A stretch of DNA of 64,000 nucleotides from Fimicolochytrium jonesii. Its lineage: Eukaryota. The position numbers and the translations under genes are program-made. How positions within the stretch are numbered: position 1 is the stretch's first letter; each line of letters starts with the position of its first letter. Below are positions 55,472 through 64,000 of this stretch, one piece after another. A model generated the notes under the pieces. The model saw only the letters and a program-made list of their open reading frames with translations. It was not told the origin of the DNA and did no database searches. Location: the NCBI RefSeq assembly GCF_025526975.1, contig NW_026515680.1:558001-622000 (forward strand), given 5' to 3'.

Positions 55472-56089
55472 AACCACAGACAGCGGAGCAGTCGGTCTAG
55501 TTCTGTCCCGTTCTTCTCCACCCCTCTCCAAGGTCTACGAAGCGCCTTTCGGGTGGCTATGGTCCTCCGCTGGGTTTTTGCTGATAGGCCTTTCTGCTCG
55601 CGTTCGTGATATCTGACCCAAGAGTGGGTCAACACTTTCGCCGAGTTCCTTCCTGCCCAGATGCCTTCCGGAAGTCAGCGAGGAAGGAGACTTCTCGCGT
55701 CGAATCGATACTTAAAATTCCCGGGCGACACCGCTTTCACTGATCTTCTAAGTGACTGGGAATCGTCGCAACCTGCGCGCATGTCATAGCGCGCCGACGA
55801 GACTTTCTGGATTGACAGAACACAACCAGCAAGACCAGCTCGAACGGCAGAAAGTGGAGCCAACGGTCCAGCAAACATCGACAAGATGAACAGACGACAC
55901 GGTTCGCAAAGTGTTATGAGAGGTATGATTATGATCATACATATATTGAACAGTGTAATTCAAAAGACAAATAAAGAAGAATGGAACAGACGATGAAGTC
56001 TACTAAACTGGACCATTGGCTTCGCTGGCAAGCCAGTTACCACAACAGGAACCACCACGGGAAGGCTGTCCAGAAGGCTCCCACGAAAA

Positions 56090-56335
56090 AGCACTGCGTA
56101 CTCGCCCGTAAGCTTCCAACAGTGCCCGTTGCGTACTCGCCCGTATGTAAGCTTCTCAACAGCCGCCACTACTGCCGTACTCGTCCGTAAGCTTCCAAAC
56201 AGTGGTGACCCGATCGTCGATATCTTGGAAATTGCCACTGCGTACTCGCCCGGTAATCTTCCAACAATCATCCCCTGCGTACTCGCCCGTAAGCTTCCAG
56301 CTCTGCCGTAGTCGCCCGTAAGCTTCCAAACAACA
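56090..56335. repeat. Tandem repeat, core CTGCGTACTCGCCCGTAAGCTTCCAA (about 6 copies)
   Basis: Direct copies near 56094, 56131, 56174, 56237, 56275 and 56305 with related linkers. Confidence 0.85.
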
Positions 56336-58462
56336 GTGGTCTTCCGGATATCGTCGCTGAATTAGCCACCATGAAGGAAAAGTGAGAGGGGCATGCGGCC
56401 CGAGGGTTCTCTTTCATACACCGCCCAGCGAGCGAGTTGCAGCCGTTGCGGACCGTTGCAGAGCCGCTTGAGAAGCTTGAGACCAGCGTTTCCCCAGGGC
56501 CAGGGCAATCACGCGTTCCATGATGTGTAACCCAGTCATGAAGCGTCATAACAGCTTCGTTCGCGTGCTTTTGAAGTTTAAACGCTTTACTGGCCCCTAC
56601 CGCAATCTCCGTTGCGCGAGACCAAGGTTGAAGACTTAAACATCGTTGAGCTCAGCACTCGTTATAGGAGCGCTTGCACTGGCCGGTGGACAACCGCTAA
56701 TACATTTCCTATGTCTCTTCAGTTCCGACGTCCTTGAGGCAGTGGCGTGCACACTGCACAGGACACACGCATACTCATTGCGGCTGCAGCATGGGTTCCG
56801 GGTGATAGTATCTATGTACACGTTTCTGAAGCTGTTCTGCACTCGATGAACATTGCTCAGCCCTGAGCCCAACTGCAAAGGGCGAGCGGTCAGTTTCCAG
56901 TTGGCTCAGCGTCGGTTACCATGATAGTCCTGATTGCCGATGTGCGGAAACCGCGTAACTTCGGGACAGCATTCAAATTGCGTCGCGAGTCCATCCTACG
57001 CTGGGCGGTGGTTAGTGACAGGCCGTTCAGCTGTCGCTCCGTTCATCTGTCCGCCGCAGGCTTGGTCGTCGATGTACTCTGGGCGGCTTACATACGTACA
57101 CGATATGCCCCCTCGCATATACAGGCGCGGCGGATTCCGTTGATTATGTCGGATGTAATTCATGATGCTGTTTGCGCCGTGATGGATACGGGGCTACGGG
57201 ATGGAGTACCCTTTGCTGCACGCTCTTGATGAGATGTAAAAGGCTGCGAGCGAGCATGAATGTTTGCGTCCCTAAGATCCCCGTTGTTGGAGAGGGTCAC
57301 GCCGTAACAGCCTGTTGGGCGAACAGACGAGGGCGTAAAATAAATAGTACAAGGGATTTCATGAACAGTTTGACGGAGAACGCCAAAAGATGACCTTCAG
57401 AACCCTCGTCCTCTGTTCTTTTGGCCGAATCAGGTCACTCCAATGAAGACAAATGTAAAGCCAAAAAACTAAAAGGAGATCGGTGGTATGCAAACATTAC
57501 GCCTGCTGGAAGGAAAAGGAGAAAAAGGGAAGATGACCCCAGCACCGCTCAGCACTCAACATTGACCGTTCCTTTCGCTTTTCGTGGGCAACTACAGTAT
57601 CTATCCCACATCGTTCACAGCCCGTCGATATGCATATGGATGTGCAGCAGCGCATGGATGGTGATTGTGCATGTGGTATGGGTCTCTGGGTCTGCGCTCC
57701 TGTCTGGATCTCTGGACGAGCTGGACGAAGCATCGGACGCATCCGTCACACTTCCCGTAACAGCCCGTAACAGAGAGATTGCAAGGTCGGTTGAGTATCA
57801 GAAAGACGGTAAGTTGCGCTCGCTTGCTCTCTCACTTGCCAGGAATCCTCCCGTCTCAGGCGTATTTACGTAGAAGGGTGGCATCGGTCTACCCCCTCGG
57901 CTTTTCAACCTTGAACTCACAACACCTACACAGCAATCGCACCTCAACTCCGAGAAAAAGTCAGAGGCGGAACCCCAATTGAGTCAATGAAATCGCACGT
58001 CGGGAGCAGACTATCAATACACTTTTCACCCGACTCCCGTACAGCAACGACGCACAGTCCCTCATGCTCGACGGCAGTTGTCCAAGCATTTAATCGTCAG
58101 CCTAGGCGCACAATATCAGACAGAGATCACGAGGTGCGTTATTCTTTGTAGCCCCTTGGAAATATCTGTGAATCAGCAGGAACATCGCGGCGGCGGATAT
58201 CGTATGGTGATGTCACGACGGCTTGAGCGGTCGCAACTGTAACCTGCCAGATCACGACCAAGAGTCTCGGATCGACAGTGCTTTGGCCTTGAGAAACAAA
58301 GTCCAAACTTGGACAACGATGTACGATATGCAGATTGCTTGTTCTGATTATTATTAAATACGACGAGGAGAAATGTATTCGGTGAAGAGAGCGTGCGGGA
58401 ACGTGGAGTAGTGATCGATTGAGGGCCTCCGTCGAAGTTTTTGATGAGGGGAATATGAGGAA

Positions 58463-60008
58463 CTAGTGCTTGAGGTTGGCAATGACGGCGTCCGTGAATG
58501 CGCTGTTGGTGGCCTTTCCTCCCAAGTCCCCCGTGCGTGCCTATAGAATTTACGTGTGTTATGAGATGGTTCGCGGAGGCGCACAAGCGGCTTCTCGGTG
58601 CATCACAAGTCAACTTACGTTTCCGTCCGCGATGGTTTTCAGCACAGCCCGTTGAATGTTGTCGGCGTGGCTCTCCATCTTCATATGCCTCAACATCATG
58701 ACACCAGACAGAAGCAAAGCGGTCGGGTTGGCAAGATCCTTCCCAGCAATGTCGGGAGCGGTACCGTGGACAGATTCGAAGATACTGGCCTTTTGGCCAA
58801 TGTTACCGGAGGGTGTCAGGCCGAGTCCTCCAATGAGACCGGCTCCCAGGTCAGACAAGATGTCTCCGTACAAGTTGGGCATGACCATGACGGTCTCGTT
58901 CCATCCCTTTGTAGGGTCTTGCACGATCTGCAGGCACACACGGTCGAGAAGCATGTCGTCAAGCTTGATGTCTGGGTAGTCCTTGGCGACTTCCTGGGCA
59001 GCAGACAAAAAGAGACCGTCGGACAGTTTCCTACGCGCACATGCGGTTAGCATGGGTGTCGAATGTTAGGGTATGTTGCTTAAGTTCAAACCTACTGGAT
59101 GTTAGCCTTGTGAACAACAGTAACGCGATTGCGGCCGATAGCGCGAGCGTACTCGAAAGCGTAGGTGATACAACGCTTGCAGGCGTCCTCGGTGATCAGC
59201 TTGATGGATTGGACAACACCGTCCACAACGACGTGCTCAATTCCAGAGTACTCTCCCTCAGTGTTTTCACGGATAAGAACGGTATCAACATTGTCGAAGG
59301 GGGTTTTGTAACCGACAATAGACTTGCAAGGGCGGACGTTGGCGTAAAGATCGAAAGTCCTGGATGGAACGAGTTGGACGTAAGTCGCTGCGTCAGCATG
59401 AGGACGTTGACTATGGTGCCCACCTACGAAGAGTCAAGTTCATAGAGACGTGACCCTTTCCAATAGGGGTCTCAAGAGGACCCTTCAGCGCGACCTTGTT
59501 CTTGTTAATAGAGATAAGCGAGTCCTCAGGTATGGTGGTCTTTCCATCCTTCAGAATCGGATACACATCAACAGTTTCCCACACGACAGGTACCTAAACA
59601 AAGCCGTGGTGCTGAATAAGAGAGGGACCATAGGGAAGGCACTGGCATTCATTTGTTGCAAGGTACTCACACCGTCAGCTTCAAAGATCTTCACGACGGA
59701 CTTGGAAATCTCGGGACCGATTCCATCCCCTGGGATCATAGTGACGATGCGCTTCCCCTCCTGTATTCGAGGAATTGTCAGCTCCAGCCCTCCCGCAGCC
59801 TGAAACCATGCCGGTTGCGGCGGAACTTACCTCATTGTATACTCCCTCGCCAGCGGTGGCGAATCCACGGCGGGCGAGCGGTGTCGCCTGCAATGGGACA
59901 TCTTGGTGAGAAAAAACGAGCCCCTTCCTGCCACAGGGCGGTTTTCTTCGGACAATAAACAGAGTACGGTACCTGACGAGCAGCACGAGCGACGGCGTTT
60001 CTGAACAT
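58463..60008 (-). CDS. IDH2: Mitochondrial NAD-dependent isocitrate dehydrogenase, catalytic subunit, multi-exon
   Basis: [87 protein letters not shown]. Confidence 0.92.
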
Positions 60009-60281
60009 GGCTGTTTGTGTGGTGCTGAGGTGCTGAGGGAAGATTGTAGCTAACCGGCAGTTTGAAGGGCTTTAGTTCAGTTTCCGACGACCAACCTGAG
60101 GATCTTTGGGCGTCGCCTGGCAAACGCTTGTGGCGCAAGGAATCAAGGAATCAAAAAGAGGAGGGAAAATTGATGCCGACGCGCGTCCCTATCGCTCGAC
60201 TTCCTTTGCACGCGCGTCGAAGGAAATGGACGGGAACAAAATATTCTCCATTTGCATGATATCGACACGCCATAGCAGATG

Positions 60282-62012
60282 TTAATCGTTTCCGCGTGGA
60301 CACGAACCAAGTCTATACCCCAGCCTGAATGAGCTGAAAAGCTCGTCTGGACTGGTCGCCCCCTTCCGCATACGGACTGCCCAACCCCTTGAAATACGCC
60401 GTCGTTCCTTGCTCCTACAATTGTTGCAGCACAAGCGCCCCTCCATCGCCGACACCCGCCAGAAGGTTGACTCCAGCATGGATGTCAATGGAGTTGAATG
60501 GAAGCGGATGTCTTCGAGACTAGAACAGGGAAGAAGATCAGTAACAGGCATCCCACGCGTCCCTTGCCATAGCTCACGCAGCCATTCTGTTTACCTGATA
60601 CCGGAGAACATCTGCCCTGTCGTTTGTTATCGAATTGGCATCTATGCCATCTGGACTCCATCGGGCCAAGCTAGGTGACAGATAGCTGATAAGAACTCCC
60701 GTCGGCGGCCTAAGGCGACAGGAAACCATACCATATGCTACCATCTTCTCCACAGCTGACGATCTCTCCAGGTGAATCGGGGTGGAACTTCACACCCCAG
60801 ACTGAGGTAGCGCACTTTCTGTCAACCATTTGCTCAAACGAAACATCAGGACCGCCTTGACGAACTCTTACCATCTTGCCCGTTGTGCATCCTCAGAGTC
60901 TCCACAGCTGCTTCATCCATCTTTCGTAGATCCCAGACGCCTACCAGACCGGTGGTATCACCCGTTGCAATCTTGTCATGCTGTGTCAAGAGTCGGATAA
61001 CCGTCGGGTGTGAGGCATAGCTAGGGAAGGACGATGACAGGGGGCACACCCACCAAAACAGGATGCACATCCAGACAGTTTATCGATAGAGACGGATTAT
61101 GTTGGCTAGCACGGAGGGAGGCGTTGAGTTGTAGCGCATAATGAAAGCGGATGTTATCACAGCTGTCGTACTCTGTAAGTTGTCTGCCAGGCCCATCCTC
61201 CCTGATGTCGTATAATGTTATCCGTCCTGCTGAACTCGAAGTCACCTGAGACAACGCAGCCGCGTTAACCTAAGATCTTTTGCGAAGAAGCGCAGTGCGC
61301 GATAACGAGTTCTGGAAGTATCAACATACTAATTCGTGTGCTCCTTTCCATTGCAACCCCGTGATCTCGCTTGTCTCCCTGCCAATGTCTTGCTTCGCAT
61401 ATCCATCAATGTTCACCAAAGCAATCTGTCCCTTGGAGCCGACTTTCGAATCAACGCATCAGCAAAGACAATTTCATATGCCGCAAACAGAAACACGTCG
61501 CACTCACCGCAAGCGATATCAGCGTCCCTAAAAGCAACCTTCGTCACCCCAACCCCCTTCTCGAATGGTGCCAGCGCAATTACATCCTGTACCCCCTCTT
61601 CGCGTAACTTGATCGCCCTCAGCTCCGTTCGCCCTCCTACAAAGAGCAATTCGGGCCCAGCCCAACACAGGGCCTCAGATACTTCCGGTAACGCGACGGC
61701 GTAGGTGATCTTGGCCTCGATGGTGTCGGCATTCGTGGTTGTTTCCGAGAAAGCGTCTGGGTTTTGGATTTCGTGGATTACGAGTGTGGGCTTTTCGGTG
61801 TGAAGGGTTGCTAGATGGATGGTTTCGGGGTTCGGTGAGAAGCAGGTCACGACTGGATTGGAGTGGGGAAAGAAGTGACTGTGGGATGTGAGAAGAACAG
61901 TAAGAAATTTGACTGTAGGTTCGGAAACAATACTGGTGACTTCACTCGGCCAGCATACCCGCACAAGCGGCGCCTACCAATAATCGAAGTTTGTGCTTCC
62001 TGTGCCGTTCAT
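60282..62012 (-). CDS. WD40 protein resembling nucleoporin Nup43, multi-exon
   Basis: INCLDVHP, IATGDTTGLVGVWDLRK, WGVKFHPDSPGEIVSCGEDG and LGINSIDIH read across GT-AG introns. Confidence 0.55.
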
Positions 62013-62443
62013 CTTGAGGGTGTTTCGAGTCTGATTTCCGCGGAACGTTGGAAGGTGTTGAGCTTCAAATTGAGCCAGACCCAAAAAGCCCAAAACTGTC
62101 ATTTTCCGGCTGATCTCTGACGCCCACGTCTCAACACATTCTCAAGACATGGCACTCCGCTTTCCGCACAAGGTCCTCCACAGAACCCCTTAAACGGGCC
62201 TCATATCTCCCACCCACACCTTCTCCTCTGTCAAAGTTGTCGAGAGCCCCTCCACCGTACTGCTATCGCTTTCACATACGGTGTACCACTTTGGAGGTGT
62301 GCCCGCTCCAACCACCACCTCGAGAACAACTCGTCATCCCGCTCAGCAGCTGAGGGGTGAATCTTATTACTGTTAAACCTACATGAGAACGTCCTGGGCA
62401 AGACGAAGTCATTGGAGTCTCCGCTAAACATCTGCCAAGTTGA

Positions 62444-63532
62444 ATGCCAGCTCAAGCTGAGCCCTCGATCCTCCGAAGGACTCTCGATCGCCTCTGGGCG
62501 CCATTGGCAAAAAGACCTTCGATCCACGAACAACATATCGGCGATGAAGACCCGGAGGGAAGCGGTGACGAGCTCTCAGAGGGCGACCTCGAATCAGGTC
62601 CTTCGCAAAGCGCTCCGCTTCTAAGCGACTACAAAGGCAACTCTCGATACGACCTCGATTCTCAACCCCATGCCCGAGCGCCACGGCGAACGATTACCGC
62701 TGAAGGAGTAGCAATCATAATATACCCTTATCGCACAGGACCGCCTGCGTTCTCTCTCGATTTGCCGCCAAGTTTGGACGACGCCGCTTTCCCGTCAACA
62801 CTGTACCGCTCGCATGTAGCGGAACTGAATGTTCTCTACAGGAATGTTCATACCGAGAGGCAACGGCAGTGGAAAATACTGTGGGGTCTAAATATGGCCA
62901 TTGGGGTGCTGTGTCTGTTCAGCGCATTGTGGACATTGTTCAAGCAGCGACGATATACCCTTTCGCTTTTATGGTCTCTCACATTTTTGGCCTTGATCTT
63001 GTTTTACCCAACGCTGGCGCGTTGGTGGTTCGCAGATCTGTCCGACGCATTCGAGGTATGTCTTCTGAGCGATCCCTCGCAAAGGAGGTTCCGGAATACT
63101 CACCTCAGGATCCTTCTTTACGCGCGCGAGTAGACACAGATTACGCGAAGCCTCTTCGAATGGAACACTCGGGCACCTAAGAATGTCAGATTCCGCATAA
63201 TAGGCACCGCCGCCATCGCCAGTCATCCTCGCTACGGTCGGCGAGATTCGCATTCAGCACACTCTGACAACTTCCACTACCACGCCAGCACTACGAGGCG
63301 CAATATCCCTTCATACAGAAGGAGGAACGTCGACACTTCGACTTTGGAGCTGACACGGGATGATGAGGATGAGGGTGCTCGGTTAATTGTCGAGTTGCTT
63401 GATCCGGGAAGAGTTGACGGCGAGAGGGATATGTCCTTCGAACGTGGGGAGGTGCTCATAACACCCGATGGCGACGGCATGATGTTGGCGGTCAAGGTCG
63501 TGCCTAGAGCCGCGCGGTTACAAGGCGGGTGA
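62444..63532 (+). CDS. Hypothetical two-TM membrane protein, spliced
   Basis: 229-aa ORF with two hydrophobic segments; GTATGT donor near 63056; downstream in-frame exon ending at 63532. Confidence 0.5.
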
Positions 63533-64000
63533 CAAACTGTTGATGTGGAGTTTTTTGGGTTTGGGATTTCTCTGCGGGTTCTTCCGCATTTGTAAATAGC
63601 GTTTTGGTTGTCTCTCCTTTTGCGTGCGCAATATATTGGTGCGCTCCATTTGCCGAGTTTTGGTCAAAACCTACATGCTTCATGTTCCGGGGTTGCACGC
63701 GAGGAAGGTTTCTTACTGTAAACGTGCTTCGCGAAGGAGGCCCCTGGGAGGCCCTCCTCAGTTACGGCAGGTGAGAGTCACACAGCCACTTTTGTTCCCC
63801 CTACGCCGCGTGAGCCTCAAACAACCGCGCCATTAGTTAATTATGCGAGCGATTCGGCAGCGTCCGTTTGACGACTTAGCTCTGCATTCGTTGTGGTATC
63901 CGGTGGTAGCATAGCAGCTTAGCAGTGCGGAACAGCATCTCGCGTTGGGCTTAGGTGGTGCTTTTGAACGACGGCGAGGATTTTTTTGAAACGCACTGGG

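Noticed and set aside
56090..56335. CRISPR-like repeat-spacer array
   Set aside because: Degenerate copies with short related linkers; it behaves like a minisatellite.

Overview
Eukaryotic genomic DNA, most likely from a chytrid-like fungus (spliced housekeeping genes: YME2, TAO3/Furry, IDH2, WD40 proteins). Positions 1-31966 are an AT-richer, intron-free endogenous dsDNA virus region made of two related Polinton-like/MELD-type elements. Element A runs from beyond the left edge to 17837 and appears to be inserted into a gene of element B (17838-31966 visible). Both share a syntenic core: double-jelly-roll major capsid protein, a coiled-coil protein, penton, A32/FtsK packaging ATPase, a small conserved protein, a conserved ~260-bp non-coding block, an rve integrase with chromodomain, and a convergent tyrosine recombinase. 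Their replication modules differ. A encodes a primase-polymerase fused to a UL9-like SF2 helicase and carries six dispersed 67-bp oriS-like palindromic repeats. B encodes two D5/SF3 helicases with G5-motif clusters. Each element ends in a tandem subterminal repeat, then a short iteron array, then a 46-51 bp palindrome ending in ...ACA, and a reading frame is cut off at each junction. No protein-primed PolB or protease is visible, but both left ends lie outside the window. All family assignments come from motif reading, not database searches.
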